Shown here: in pieces, positions 1 through 12,569 of the stretch
How the letters are laid out: each line of letters begins with the position of its first letter
How positions within the stretch are numbered: position 1 is the stretch's first letter
Assembly: GCA_963702425.1 (NCBI GenBank)
Contig: CAVPCQ010000033.1
Span: forward strand, 28,673-92,672
Direction: 5' to 3'
DNA: 64,000 bases
Source of the DNA: an uncultured Acidobacteriota bacterium
Lineage (GTDB): Bacteria > Acidobacteriota > Polarisedimenticolia > J045
The notes under the pieces: generated by a model
The model's input: the letters and a program-made list of their open reading frames with translations, nothing else
Database searches by the model: none
What the model was told of the DNA's origin: nothing
Made by a program: the position numbers and the translations under genes

Positions 1-848
1 GCTCCCCCCGTTCGAGCCGCCGGGCGAGGCCGGCCAGGAGTCCCTCGATCCGGCGCTCGACCGCGGCGTCGTTGGCCCGGCTGCTGCGTCGCGCCCCCCG
101 CTCCAGTTCCGCCAGCGCGGACTGGGCCCAGCGAGCGGCCCCGGCCCAGGGGATCGGGCTGAGGCGGTCGTGCAGGTGCTCGAGTGTTTCGCCATCGGGT
201 CCAGATCCGATAATGTTCAAAAAATACCGTCTTTGCCCGTTTTTCACTTTTCCGGATGCGATCTGGAAGGTGACCGCCAGCAACCCCGGGCGACCGGAGG
301 GATCGGGCACCCGGTACCAGCCCGCTGCGACCTGACCGTGGACCCGGATCGTCATCCCGGCCCCCGCGGTAGACCGGGAGGACCTCCCCCATCAGGGTCT
401 CACCCGTGGTCTCGAGCACCACGAGCTCGGGCGCGCCGGAGGCGAGGGTCTCCATCCGCGGATCGCGCCGGCTGACCATCACCTGGAAGAAGTCGGCGAA
501 GCGCGGCGTGCCGGTCGGGCCGTAGCCGGTGAAGACGGCGCGGGGGTCGTCCGTCGCGGCGTGCGCGCAGCCCGCCTGCCCGCAGCGGAAGCAGTAGACC
601 CGGCCCGGCTGGAACGCGGCCGCCCCCGACAGCAGCGCGGCGACCGCGTCCTCGAGCTCGCCCGCGAGCGCCCGCGTCTCCTCCGCGACCCGATCGCCGG
701 CATCGAAGAGCGGCAGGCGCAGCGCCAGGTCGAGCCGCGCGTCCGCGGCGCGCAGCAGGTGCGCCCACGGGTGCGCGCGCGCCCGGCCCTCGGCGGCCTC
801 GACCAGCAGCCGGAGCGCCTCGACCAGCCTGGGATCGTCCTCGGCCAT
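1..848 (-). CDS. Hypothetical protein with CxxC-x4-C-x-H putative Zn-binding motif; runs off the window edge, one frameshift near 360
   Basis: Manual translation from ATG at 848: MAEDDPRLVEALRLLVEAAE...VYCFRCGQAGCAH...; host-like codon usage continues in a shifted frame (IRVHGQVAAGWYRVPD...) to position 1. Absent from the ORF track because it has no stop in the window. Confidence 0.7.
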   Translation of the reverse strand, partial: MAEDDPRLVEALRLLVEAAEGRARAHPWAHLLRAADARLDLALRLPLFDAGDRVAEETRALAGELEDAVAALLSGAAAFQPGRVYCFRCGQAGCAHAATDDPRAVFTGYGPTGTPRFADFFQVMVSRRDPRMETLASGAPELVVLETTGETLMGEVLPVYRGGRDDDPGPRSGRSGLVPGARSLRSPGVAGGHLPDRIRKSEKRAKTVFFEHYRIWTRWRNTRAPARPPQPDPLGRGRSLGPVRAGGTGAGGATQQPGQRRRGRAPDRGTPGRPRPAARTGG

Positions 849-858
849 CGCGCGGATT

Positions 859-917
859 GTAGGGGCCGGCCTCCGTGCCGGCCCGCGGCCGTAGGGGCCG
901 GCCTCCGTGCCGGCCCG
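859..917 (+). repeat. Two tandem GTAG-type REP-like palindromes (27-nt perfect direct repeat)
   Basis: GTAGGGGCCGGCCTCCGTGCCGGCCCG at 859-885 and 891-917; each is GTAG followed by the hairpin GGGCCGGC-N6-GCCGGCCC; intergenic. Confidence 0.75.
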
Positions 918-926
918 TGTTCGTTC

Positions 927-1664
927 TTACGCCCGGCTCTGGCGCTTGAAGACGCCCTTCTCCTTGAAGAGCGCGGCGCCGGCCAGGAAGAACGCGATGA
1001 CCTGCACGACCATGAAGACGCTGTCGTTCAGCATCGCGAAGTCGAATCCGCCGCGGTTGACCACGCCGCTCCCGCGCGTGCCGACGTAGACCAGGTTGAG
1101 AAAGCGCGACGTCGCCAGCACGAGGAAGGCCCACGACGCAACCCGCGGCAGCAGCGCGGCCCCGCGCCCGAGCAACTGCCAGAGCCCGGCGTAGAGCAGC
1201 AGCGAGCAGCCGAGCGCGCCCCACGACGGCAGCGCCCAGAGCGCGTCCGACGCGTCGTAGATCTGCAGCAGCCAGTCCGGCGGATCGGTCGGCTTCTCCG
1301 CCAGCAGCGTGATCTTGTGCTGCACCATGAAGACCGCCGACCAGAGCCAGTAGGAGCTGAGGAAGTAGCCCAGCGCGGAGAACTTGACGACCTCGGTCTC
1401 CAGCCGCCCTTCCGGCCCGTAGACGGCGACCAGTCCCAGCGTCCCGACGAAACCCGCCGCCCCGATGATCAGGTAGCCCATGAACAGCGGCATGACGTAG
1501 TCCATGCGCGACTTGTTGAGGAAGTCGCCGGCGAGCGTGAGCTTGAGCGGATTCGTCCCGACGAGGATGAACTCGAGCATCACCATCCCGAGCAGCAGCG
1601 ACGCGAAGGTGACGAGCAGTGCGGCCGCGACCTGCTGCTCTTTTTCCGAGCGACGCGTGGACAT
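927..1664 (-). CDS. Integral membrane hypothetical protein (about 6 TM, DUF4386-like)
   Basis: C-terminal part of ORF 927..2813 starting at MSTRRSEKEQQ; several hydrophobic helices; host-like codon usage. Confidence 0.75.
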   Translation of the reverse strand: MSTRRSEKEQQVAAALLVTFASLLLGMVMLEFILVGTNPLKLTLAGDFLNKSRMDYVMPLFMGYLIIGAAGFVGTLGLVAVYGPEGRLETEVVKFSALGYFLSSYWLWSAVFMVQHKITLLAEKPTDPPDWLLQIYDASDALWALPSWGALGCSLLLYAGLWQLLGRGAALLPRVASWAFLVLATSRFLNLVYVGTRGSGVVNRGGFDFAMLNDSVFMVVQVIAFFLAGAALFKEKGVFKRQSRA

Positions 1665-1832
1665 GGCGGAGGCTCCCCGGGGGCTGATAGCGTGCTTTTG
1701 CACCATAGCACAGCGCACGCCGGGCAGCGGAGGACGCACGCTGGCCGCAGCGCCTTCCCGGCGCCATCTTGCCCTCCCCGGTCCGCTTCCCCATGATGCC
1801 GGGGCTGAGCCCGTCACCGGAGACCCCGCCCG

Positions 1833-3082
1833 ATGCCCGAGACCCTCGCCCTTCACGGCGGCACGCCGGTCCGCACCCGCCCCTGGCCGAAGTGGCCGAC
1901 CTTCGACGCCTCCGACGAAAAGGCCCTGCTCGATGCGCTCCACGGCGGCGTGTGGGGCGTCGGCGGCCCGCGCGTCGGTGAGTTCGAGTGCAAGTACTCC
2001 GCGCTGCACGGCGCGCGCTTCGGCGTGGCCTGCTGCAACGGGACGATCGCGCTCGAGATCGCGCTGGTCGCCGCCGGCGTCAAGCCCGGAGACGAAGTCA
2101 TCACCACCCCCTACACCTTCATGGCCAGCGCGATGGCGGTGGTCGAGATCGGCGCGGTGCCGGTCTTCGTCGACGTCGAACCGGGCACCCACAACCTCGA
2201 CCCGCGCCTGATCGACGCCGCGGTCAGCGAGCGCACGACCTGCATCATGCCGGTCCACATCGGCGGCCGGCCGGCCGACCTGGACGGCGTGATGGCGGCG
2301 GCGAAGAAGCACGGCCTCGCCGTCGTCGAGGACGCCGCGCAGGGCTGGCTGGCGGCCTGGCGCGGGACGCCGGTCGGCGCGATCGGCAACGCCGGCATCT
2401 TCTCGTTCCAGTCGAGCAAGAACATCTCGTCGGGCGAGGGGGGCATCGTCCTCACCAACGACGAGGCGACCTTCCAGCGCGCCTGGAGCTACCACAACTG
2501 CGGCCGGCGGCTGGGCGGCGAGTGGTACGCGCACGACTTCCCCGGCCTCAACCTGCGGCTGGGCGAGTTCCAGGCCGCGATCCTGCTGGCGATGCTCGAG
2601 CGCCTGCCGGCGCAGCAGGAGCGGCGCCGCGCGGCGATGGCGGTCCTGCAGCGCGAGATCGCCGAAGATCCCCGGCCTGCTGGTGCCCGACGACGACCCG
2701 CGGATCACCGCGCACGCCTGCCACATGTTCATGGTGCGGCTCGACCCTTCGGTGATCCCGTCCGACAAGGGGACCTTCATCAAGGCGCTGCACGCCGAGG
2801 GGATCCCCGCCAACCCGGGCTACACGATGCCGCTCTACAAGCAGGGACTTTTCGCGTGGTATGGCGAGCGCCCGACGCACTGGGGCGGCCCGCAAGTGGA
2901 AGGACGCGATCCGCGTCCCGTACGCGAGCTACGACCTGCCGGTGACCCGGCAGCTCTGTGAGACGACGATCTGGGTCAAGCAGGAAACGCTGCTCGCCGG
3001 GCCAGAGGAGATGCCCGACGTCGTCGCGGCCTTCGCGAAAGTCGCCGCAGCGGCGCGCGCCGGCCGGCTGGCCGCGGCGTGA
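1833..3082 (+). CDS. DegT/DnrJ/EryC1/StrS-family PLP-dependent aminotransferase (AHBA-synthase-like N-terminus), split by about 2 frameshifts
   Basis: LALHGGTPVR..WP, CNGTIAL, GDEVITTPYTF, VVEDAAQ, FSFQSSKNISSGEGG; continues in ORFs 2683..2961 and 2861..3082. Confidence 0.9.
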
Positions 3083-3123
3083 GCGCGGCATGAGCCGCCG
3101 CGTGCACGCGGCGTGAGCGCGAC

Positions 3124-4528
3124 ATGAGCGAGCGCCCCGACGGCATCGCCCCCGCCGTCCCGTCGACGCCGATCGACAGCGCGGTCGTCGCCGCGGTCCG
3201 TCGCGGGCCGGACGGCTGGGAGCTGTTGCTCGGACTGCGCTCGCGCCGCTCGCGCTTCTTCCCGTCGCACTGGGCCTGCCCCGGCGGGCGTGTCGAGCCG
3301 GCAGACCGGCCCGACGACCCGGGCGCCTTCGCCCGCTGCGGCGCGCGCGAGCTGCTGGAGGAGACCGGCGTGCGCGTCGCGGCGGGGGACCTGCACCCGA
3401 TCGGCGTGCGCACCACGCCGCCCTTCATGAAGCTGCGCTACCACAGCCCGTTCTTCCTGGCCGTCGTGCCGCCCGGCACCGAGCCGCCCGGACTGCCTTC
3501 GCCCGACGAGATCGAGGAGCTGCGCTTCGTGCCGGCGCACGAAGCAGTCGCGCGCTGGGAAGCCGGCACGCTGCCCACGCCGCCGCCGCTGCCGCCGCTC
3601 TTCCGCAGCCTGGCCGCCGCGCCGTCGTCACTCGCGCCGCCCGCGCTGGCAGCGCACCTGCTCGCCGAGCACGTCGAGGATTCCGCGGCTCCGCGCTTCG
3701 AGGTCGCGCACGGCGTCTGGTTCTACCCGGTCGCGACCGCCACGCTTCCACCCGCGACGCACACCAACGTCTGGATGCCGGGCGGGGCGCGCTTCGTCGT
3801 GATCGACCCAGGCTGTGACGATCCGGCCGAGCTGGACGCCCTGCTCTCCGTGATCGCGCGGCGCCGCGCGCTGACCGGGTCTGCGCCGCACGCCGTCCTG
3901 CTGACGCACCACCACCGCGATCACGTCGCCGGCGCCGCCGCGGTGGCGCGCGCGCTGGGCGTGCCGGTGCTGGCGCACCCCGAGACGCTGGCGCGGGTCT
4001 AGCTCGGCGCGGAGACTCGCCGCGCGGCCGGAGCTGGTCGACGGCGCGCGGATCGACCTGGGCGGGATGTCGCTGGTCTCGCGCGCACACGCCGGGGCAC
4101 GCGCCCGGCCACGTCGTGCTGGAGATCGAGGGCCGGTCGCTGCTGCTCGCGGGCGACCTGGTCAGCGGGATGTCGACGATCCTCATGCCGACCGGCTCGA
4201 CGGGGACATGGGGGCGTACGTCGCCTCGCTGCGTCGGGCGCGCGAACTGCGCGCGACACGGCTGCTGCCGGCACATGGCCCGGTGCTCGACGGCGGCGCG
4301 CTGGCCCGCACGCTGGCCCACCGCGCGCAGCGCGAGGCGCAGGTGGCGCTGGCGCTCGGCCCGGCGCCGCTCCCGCTCGACGCCATCGCTCGCGAGGCCT
4401 ACGCCGACACGCCGGACGCCCACCCGGTGCTGGCACGGATGCAGGCGCTGGCGCACCTCGTGCATCTCGAGCAGCGGGGCGAGGCGCGGCGGGCGGACCC
4501 GGAGGGCCGGGACTGGAGCGCGGTCTAG
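3124..4528 (+). CDS. NUDIX hydrolase fused to MBL-fold metallo-hydrolase (LACTB2-like), frameshifted
   Basis: PGG...ARELLEETG NUDIX box; THHHRDH MBL motif; GHAPGH, AGDL and LLPAHGP in downstream frames; C-terminal LAHLVHL. Confidence 0.85.
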
Positions 4529-4550
4529 GCTGGCGCACGGAGGGTCGCCG

Positions 4551-5589
4551 ATGGCAGGAAGTCGCGATCTCGACGAAGGCCCTCGACTGGCTGCTCGAGG
4601 ACGAGCAGCCGTCGATCCGCTACCTGGCGCTGACCACGCTGCTCGGGAAGCCGGAGCGCGACCCTGCGGTGCGGACCGCGAAGGCGGCGATCCCGCAACG
4701 CGGCTGGGCGGCCGAGATCCTCGCGCGGCAGCACCCGGACGGGTGGTGGGACAACGAGAAAAGCCTTTACCGGCCCAAGTACCTCGCAACCAACTGGATG
4801 CTGCTCGTGCTGGCCGAGCTCGGGCTGACGCGCGAGGAGCCCCGGATCGACGCGGCCTGCCGGCTCTGGATCCGCCGCTTCGCGCGCGCGGACGGCGGCT
4901 TCAACACCGACGACGCGTCGAAAAGCCACCTCTGCGTCGCCGGCAACACCGCACGCGCCCTGGTCCAGTTCGGCTACGTCGACCACCCGAAGGTCGAGAG
5001 CGCCTTCCGGTGGCTCGCCTCGAGCGCGGACCGACACGGCGGCTGGAACTGCTTCGGCAAGGGACGCAACCTCGACAGTTGGGAAGCGATGAGCGCTTTC
5101 GCGGTCTACCCCCGCGAGCGCTGGACCGCGGCGATGTCGCGCGCGGTCGAGCGCGGTGCGGAGTACTTCCTGTCGAAGGCGCTGCACCGGCAGGGCGCCC
5201 GCTACGAGCCCTGGTTCCGGCTGCACGACCCGGTCCACTACTACTACGACCTGCTGGTCGGGCTCGAGTTCATGACCGCGCTCGGCTACGGCGGCGACCC
5301 GCGGCTCGGGGACGCGCTCGCCTGGCTCCGCGGCCGGCAGCGGCGCGACGGGCGCTTTCCGCTCGACGCGGTCCACCCCGACCTCGAAGGGGCGATGCTG
5401 GCCTGGTACGCTCGCAACCCGCGGCGCACGCCGCTGCCCTTCGCGCTGGAGCGGCCGGGCAAGCCGAGCCGGATGGTCACGCTGCGCGCGCTGCGCGTCC
5501 TGCAGCGGGTGGACGGGCCTGGGGCTGACGGACGGCGCCGCGGGCCTGGAACGGTTCACGCGCGTCGCGCCCTGACCGCGCCGGCGTAG
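4551..5589 (+). CDS. Prenyltransferase/squalene-cyclase-repeat (alpha-barrel) family protein; frameshift near the start
   Basis: DWLLEDEQPSIRYLALTTLL upstream of ORF 4669; QHPDGWW, DGGFN, GGWNC, YYYDLL, QRRDGRF, GKPSRMVTLRAL. Confidence 0.75.
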
Positions 5590-5598
5590 AATCCCGGC

Positions 5599-8500
5599 AT
5601 GACTTCCGGGGGAGAGCGCGGGCCGCGCGTGATCGTCGGGCGCGGACCGCGCGCGGTCGAGCGGCGGCTGATCGAGACGCTGCGCCCGCTCGTCGACGAG
5701 GCCCACCGCGACCCGGCGCTGCTCGCCCGCCCCGTCCTGCTGATCGTCGCCTCCGGCACGCTGCGCCGGCACCTCGCGCGCGTGCTCGCCCGGGAGCTGG
5801 GGCCGACGCTGCTCGGCCTGCGGATCCAGACGCTCTGGGCGGTGGCGCGCGAGATCCTCGAGCGCGCCGGCGAGCGCGCTCCCGCCGACGGCGGCTTCTT
5901 CGAGATTCTCGTGCGGCGCGAGGCGGCGAAGCACGAGGCGCTGGTCGAGCGGCTCGGCGGGCTGGAGGACGGCTACGCCGCGGTCGCGGCTTCGGTCCGC
6001 GACTCGACAGCGCGGGGCTCGACGCGGCGACGCTGGACGCCGCGCTCGAGGCGATCCCGGGCGGCGCCCGCCGCACGCCGGAGGCGCGGCGCACCGCGGC
6101 AGTGCTGCGCACCGCGATCGGGACCGCCGCCGCGATGCGCGCGCTGGGCCTCGGCCGCCCGGCCGACGCGCTGCGCCGCGCGGCGGCGCTGCTCGCGGAG
6201 CAGGGCCCCGGCGCGCTGCCCGCCCGCGCGCTCCTCGTCCACGGCTTCGCCGACGCCACCGGGGCCGCGACGACGCTGCTGCGCGCGCTGCTCGCGCTTC
6301 CCACAGCGACGCTGCTGCTCGACGAGCCGCCGGACCCGGCGCGCGACGACGGCGCGCCCGACCCGGGCAACGCCTTCCGCGAGCAGTTCGAGACGCGGCT
6401 GGGGCTGACGGGCTTGCCGCGCGAGCGGGCCGAGGGGGGCGGCGCGGCGACGCTGGAGCTCTTCCACGCCGCCGGCCGCGACGCCGAGGCGCGCGAGATC
6501 GCGCACCGGATCCGCGAGCTGCTGCACCCGCCGTCCGGTCGGCCGCCGGTCCCCGAACGGATCGGCGTCGTCGTCCGCAGCCTCGACGGCTGGGAGCTTC
6601 CCTTCCGGCGCTGGTTCGAGCGGCTCGGCGTGCCGTTCTCGGGCGGCGACGAGCCGAGAGGGCTGCGGCCGGAGGCACGGCGGCTGCAGGCGCTGCTCGT
6701 CGTGATCGAGCTCGGCGGCCTCACGCCGGTCGACACATGGCTCGATGCGCGGGGCCGCTCGCCGCATGACCTCCGACTCGCCCTCCGCGCGCTCGGCGTG
6801 GCCCGTCTCGGTGACGCGGCGCGCGTCGATCTCGACGCGGTCCTCGATCATGCCGGCTACTACCGCCTGCCCGTGCGGGTCTCTGCGGTAGTCTCGGTCA
6901 GGGAGGAGAACGGCGAGCAGCGAGACGTGGCGAACGGCGATCCGGCCGAGCTGGAGCCAGAGACCGACGCGGCGACTCTCGGGACCCGGGCCCGCCTCGT
7001 CGCAGGGACCGTGCTGCGCGCAGCGCTCGACGGCTCGCGCGACCTGGCCGCGCAGCTCGCGGCCTGGCCCGAGCGCGCGCGCCTGGAGCAGTTCCTGGAC
7101 CGGGCGAGCGCATTCGGTGCGTCGCTGCTGGCCGGCGACGCAGCCGCGGCGGCGGGCTGGGCGGGCTCGTGCGAAGCGCTCCGCGCGGAGGGCGCCCCGG
7201 CCGAGCCGCTCACCCGCGAGGAGTTCCTGCGACTGCTGCGGCCGGCGGTGGAACGAGCCGTGCGCCGCCGGCTGGGCGGCTCCGGCGGCGGCGTGCAGTT
7301 GCTCGACGTCGCGCGCGCCCGCGGCCTGACTTTCGAGCACCTCTTCCTCGCCGGCGTCAACCGCGGGATCTTCCCGCGGCTCGTGAGCGAGGACCCGTTG
7401 CTCCCGGACGCGACGCGGCAAGGCCTCTCCGACGCGCTTCCCAACCTCCCGGAGAAGTCCTCCGGCATGGACGAGGAGCGGTTTCTCCTCGCGCAGCTCG
7501 CCGCCGCGGCGCCGTCCGTGACGATCTCCTGGCAGCGCGCTGACGAGGACGGCAAGGTGCAGAACCACTCGCCGTTTCTCTGTCGCCTGCAGCTCGAACG
7601 GCCCGCCCTCGCCGCCGAATCGATCCCGCGGATGCGCAGTGAAGCCCTGGCGTTCTCGCGGCGGCGCGGCCGCCCGCTCACCGTCTCCGAGCAGCTGCAG
7701 CGTGCGGGGCTGGAGGGCCGAATCGACCTGTTCGAGCATCTCGCCCCGCTGGCCTGGCGCGACGCCGAGCGCTTTCTCGCCGCAGCCGCCGGCGCGCTTT
7801 CCGGGCTTGATCTCGACGCACTCGCCCGCGCGCGGAGGCGCGTGCTGGAGGAGTGGGACGCCCCGCCGCACAGCCGAGGCGCGAGCCCCTATTTCGGCTG
7901 GTTGGCGCCCGGCGCGGGGGGGCCCGCGTTCGCCGACGACGAGCTGTGGGTGACGGCCGTGGAGCGGCTTGCCCGCTGCCCGTGGAAGGCGTTCCTCGAG
8001 CGATCGCTCGGACTCACGCCGCCACCCGACCCGCGTGCCGCCGTCCCCGAGCCCGACCCTCTCGTCCTCGGCAGCGTGGTCCACGGCACGCTGCACCGCC
8101 TCGCCGTCGAACAGCGGGCCGGTCTCCCCGCCACCCTCGACGCACTCGCAGCGCTCGAACCGGTTGCGTGGGCGCGGCCGTCGGCCGATCGGGTGCGGTC
8201 CGTGGCGCACGAGGTCGCGGGCGGCGTCGCGCGCGAGGCCGGGATCACGCTTCCCGGGCTGGTCGACGGCCTGACCCGTCGCGCGGTGCCGTTCGTGGTC
8301 CGGGCGCTGGACCGGGACTGGGCGGGAGCGCGCGCCGAGGCGCTGGGCTCCGAGGTCGCAGGCACCGCCACGCTCGCGCGGCCCGGCGCAACGCCTCTGG
8401 TGCTGCGATTCCGGGCCGACCGCGTCGACCGCTGCGCCGAGGATGGCGCACTGGTCCTGACGGACTACAAGACCGGGAGTCTCCCCATCGAGGGGCGCAC

Positions 8501-8954
8501 GCCGGAAACCCGCCGCAAGAACCTGGCGCGCACCGTGCGACGGGGCGTTCTGCTCCAGGCTGCGGCCTACGCCGCGGCGGATGTCGCGGGCACCAAGGTC
8601 GGCCGCTACCTCAGCCTGAAAGACCTCGACGACGAGCGAGAATCCGAAGCGACCATCGCCTCCGACGACGCGCAGTTCGCCGAGGGACTGCCGCGCGCCG
8701 TCACGGCGCTGCTCGGGGCAGCGCGCGCCGGCGCCTACTTCCCGCGCCTCGCGGAACTCGATGCCGACAAGAACCCCGCCTGCCGGAACTGCGACGTCCG
8801 CTCCGCCTGCGTGCTGGACGATAGCGGCATGAAGCGTCGCTGGCGCGAGGCCGTCAGGACCGCGGTCGCGGGGGCGGAGGCCGAGGCCGCACTCGACCCG
8901 CGCGAAGCCGCGCTGATCGCGGTGCTGCAGCTCGGCGACGGGGACGCGCCGTGA
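5599..8954 (+). CDS. addB: AddB/RexB-like subunit: inactive helicase fold plus PD-(D/E)XK nuclease with Fe-S cysteines; frameshift near 6010
   Basis: ARGLTFEHLFLAG, EERFL, RCPWKAF, RADRVD...DYKTG, CRNCDVRSAC; stop overlaps the start of the helicase gene. Confidence 0.8.
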
Positions 8955-11900
8955 CGGCGGCCGACCTCGCCCGGGCCCGAGACGACGACGCGCGCGCGCG
9001 CGCCGTCGCGCGGAGCGAGTTCAGGCAGCCGCTGCTGCTCGACGCCGGAGCCGGGACCGGCAAGACGACCGCCGTCGCGGCGCGGATCGTCGCCTGGCTC
9101 CTCGGCCCGGGCTGGGAGCGGGCGGCGGCCGAACTCGCGACGAAAGGCGCGGCCGCCGATCCGGACCCGATTGCGCAGCGAGCGGTCGAGCGCGTCGTCG
9201 CGATCACCTTCACCGACCGCGCCACGGCGGAGATGGCGCAGCGGGTCGCCTCGACACTGGCCGCCGTGCACCGCGGTGAGGACGCGACCGGCCTGCGGCT
9301 CACGGACCTTCCGGGCCCGGATGAGCAGCGCCGGGAGCGCGCGGCCGCCCTGCTCGCGGCGCAGGACCGGCTCGCCGTCTCGACGATCCACGCCTTCTGC
9401 CGCCGCCTGCTGGCGGCGCACGCGCTCGAGGCGGGGCTGCACCCGGCCTTCGAGGTCGACGCCGAAGGGGATCTGCTCGCCGGCGTGGTCGACGATGTGT
9501 TGGCTCGCCGCGTACCCGAGGCGCTCGGTGCGCCTGCCCACGAGGACTGGGTGGAACTCGCCGCGCGTGGCCATGGTCCTGCGGCGATCGCCGAGGCCCT
9601 GCTGGAACTGGCGGCGGAGGCGACCCCGCCCGAGGCGCTCGACGACGACCCTCTCGCGGATGCGCGAGCACGAGCCGTTGCCCGGGAGTTGGGGGAGACC
9701 GCGGCGAGGGTCGCGGACATCGTGCGGGAGCCGCTGGCCGACCGCCGCGCCGGCGGGCTGAGCGTACCCCTCGCGGCGCGCGATGCGCTCGACCGAGCCG
9801 CCGCGGCGGCGGCGCGCGTCTCGACGGCCGGCGAACTGCGCGAGTTCGCGGCGGCCCTCGCTGGCGAGGCGCTCAAGAAGCTGAAGGAGTGGTCCGCGCC
9901 GAGCCGGATCACCGGCAAGGCCGAGTCCGCCCTGCTCGCTCCCGTCGCCGCCGACCTCGCCCCGGCCGCCGCCGCGCTGCGCGGCCTCTTGAAATCGCTC
10001 GGGGATCTCGACCCCGACCTGCTCGCCCCGGCCCGTCGCGTGCTGCGCGCGCTGCTGGCCGAGGTCACCGCCGAGCTGCGCCGCCGCGGCATCGCGACCT
10101 TCGCGTCGCTGATCCGGGACGCCGAGGCGCTGCTGCGCGAGCGCGCGGTGGCGGCCGCGGTCCGCGCCGGGATCGACCAGCTGATCGTCGACGAGTTCCA
10201 GGACACGGACGATGTGCAGTGCGCGATCGTTCGGCACCTGGCACTCGAGGGGCCGCTCGACCAACGCCCCGGCCTGATGCTGGTCGGCGACCCCAAGCAA
10301 TCGATCTACGGTTGGCGCAACGCCAGCCTGGCCGCCTACTACGGCTTCGGGCACGAACTGGAGGCCAGCGGCGGCGCGCGCCTGCGGTTATCGGTCAACT
10401 TCCGCTCGCAGCCGGCGATCCTCGACGAGGTGGCGCGGATCGCGCGCCCGCTGTTGGTCGAGGACGGCGACCGGCAGGCCCCGTTCCAGCTGCTGGTCCC
10501 GGAGCGTGGCCCCGCCGAGGGAGCGCGCCCGCCGGTCGAGTACTGGGTTTCGTGGCCGCGCGATCGCTTCGAGGCCGGCGACGCGACCGGCACCGACGAC
10601 GCGCGCGAGGCGGAGGCCCACGCGATCGCGTCGGAGATCGCCGCGCTGCGCTCCGAGGGTACGGAGCTGGGCCGGATCGCCATCCTCTTCCGGGCCTCGA
10701 CCGCGCTGGAGACCTATCTCGAGGCGCTGCGCGCGCACGGCCTTCCGTTCGTCGTCGAGCGCGAGCGCAGCTACTACCGGCGCCGTGAGGTCCTGGACGC
10801 CGCCTCCCTGGTTCGCGCGATCGCCGATCCCCTCGACGCGCTGGCCCTGGTCGCGTTCCTGCGCTCGCCGTGGGCCGGGCTGCCCGACGCCGCACTTCCC
10901 GGGCTCTGGAACCGTCTCGTCGTAGACGAACTTCAGCGGCTCGAGCGGCCCGACCCCGAGGCCTTCGCGCGCCTCGACGCGGCGCTCGACGAGATCGCGA
11001 GCGACGTTGCGCGCGCCAGGATCCCGGGGCTGGAGCGGATCGCGGACTGGCCCGTCGCCGCGAAGGCTGCGATTCGGACCCTCGTCTCGCTGCGGCGCGC
11101 GTTGGCCGAGGAACCCGCCGACCGATTCGTCGAGGCGCTCGCGGCACTCGTGCTGCCCGGGGAAACCGCAGCCGCGCGCTACCTGGGGCCGTTCCGGCTC
11201 GCCAATCTGGAGCTTTTCCTCAGGCGGCTCCTGGAGGGCCTCTCCGGTCCTGAAGGGACCCAGGGCGTGCTCCGCGAGCTGCGCGGCGGCGTCGCGGAGG
11301 GTCGCGAGGCGCGCGAGGGCGCACCGGGCGACGACACGCTCGACGCGGTGCGCGTCCTGACGATCCACAAGGCCAAGGGGCTCGATTTCGACCACGTCTT
11401 CGTCGCTGACCTGCACCACGGCTCGGGCACCCGCGGGGGGCGGGAGAACCGCGCGGCCCGGCGTGCGGACGGCGGGTGGAACCTCCGCCTGTTCGGCGCC
11501 CCGGGGCTCGGCTATCACGAGGTCGAGCGCGCGGACGCCGAGATCTCGCGGGCCGAACTGGTCCGCACACTGTACGTCGCGACGACGCGGGCGCGCGCGC
11601 GGATGGTGCTGGCGGGCGCCTGGCCGGGTCACGGTTTCGGACCGAAGCCTCCTCCGGGTCCGCTGCTCGGACTACTCGCGCAGCGCGAGGGGGGCGACGC
11701 GCTGCAGGCGCTGATCGCAGGCGGCGGAGAGGCGCTTGACGCGCACGGCGTGCCGTGGCGGATCCTGCCCGCGGTCGATCTCGCGGCGCTCCGAGCCGTC
11801 GCGCGCAGCGCCCGCGGAGGCCGAGACCGCAATCCGGGCCGCCGAGCACGACGCGAGCCGCCTCGCGGCCTCCTGCCAGGCCGCCGCCGCCCGCTCCGCG

Positions 11901-12567
11901 CGCCCCGCGACCGACACTCCTTCCGGCGCCGCGCACGCCGCTGCTCGCGCGCGGCGCGACGGCGAGGAGGAGTCCGGACCGAGCCCGACCTCGCGCCGCG
12001 TACCGGGCCCGCGCCCGCGCGAACTCCGCCTCGCCGTCGGCACCGCGATCCACCGCGCTCTCGAGTCCTGGGACCTCGAGGCCGACCCGGCGGCGGAGCG
12101 CGCGCGCCAGCGCGCGCGTCTCGGCAAGGTACCTGCCGACCGAACTCCCCCCCGCGCTCCGCGACCGCGCCCGCGCCGAGGTCGAGGCGCTGTTCGACCG
12201 GATGGCCGGGAACGGCGCGCTCGCCGCCTTCGCCGCGCTTCGCGGCCGCGTGCTGGGGCGCGAGGTCCCGCTGCTCGCCGCGCGGCGCCCGACGGCGACG
12301 GCGATGACCAGCCGACCGGCGCCTGGGTCGGCACGATCGACCTGCTCTACCGCGCCGAGGACGGCGCGCTGGTCGTCGCCGACTACAAGACCGATGCGCT
12401 CCCGCACGACGGACGCGGCCGACTTGCCGGCCGCGCTCGCCGCCGCCGTCGCGCGGCACCGCCCGCAGCTCGCGCGCTACGTCGAGTCGCTGAGAGCGAT
12501 CTTCCCCGACCCGCCGCCGCGGGCCGAGCTGTGGTTCCTGGCCGCGGGCCGGGTGGTGCGGGCCTGA
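8951..12567 (+). CDS. addA: AddA-like UvrD helicase with C-terminal RecB-type nuclease; several frameshifts after about 11810
   Basis: AGAGTGKT, ITFTDRA, STIHAFC, DEFQD, VGDPKQSIYGWR, NFRS, TIHKAKGLDF, LYVATTRAR; GTAIHRALE and GTIDLLY...DYKTD in later frames. Confidence 0.85.
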
Positions 12568-12569
12568 GG

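Noticed and set aside
1833-5589. Secondary metabolite cluster around the AHBA-synthase-like aminotransferase
   Set aside because: No PKS, NRPS or other pathway genes nearby; the neighbours look like unrelated housekeeping enzymes.
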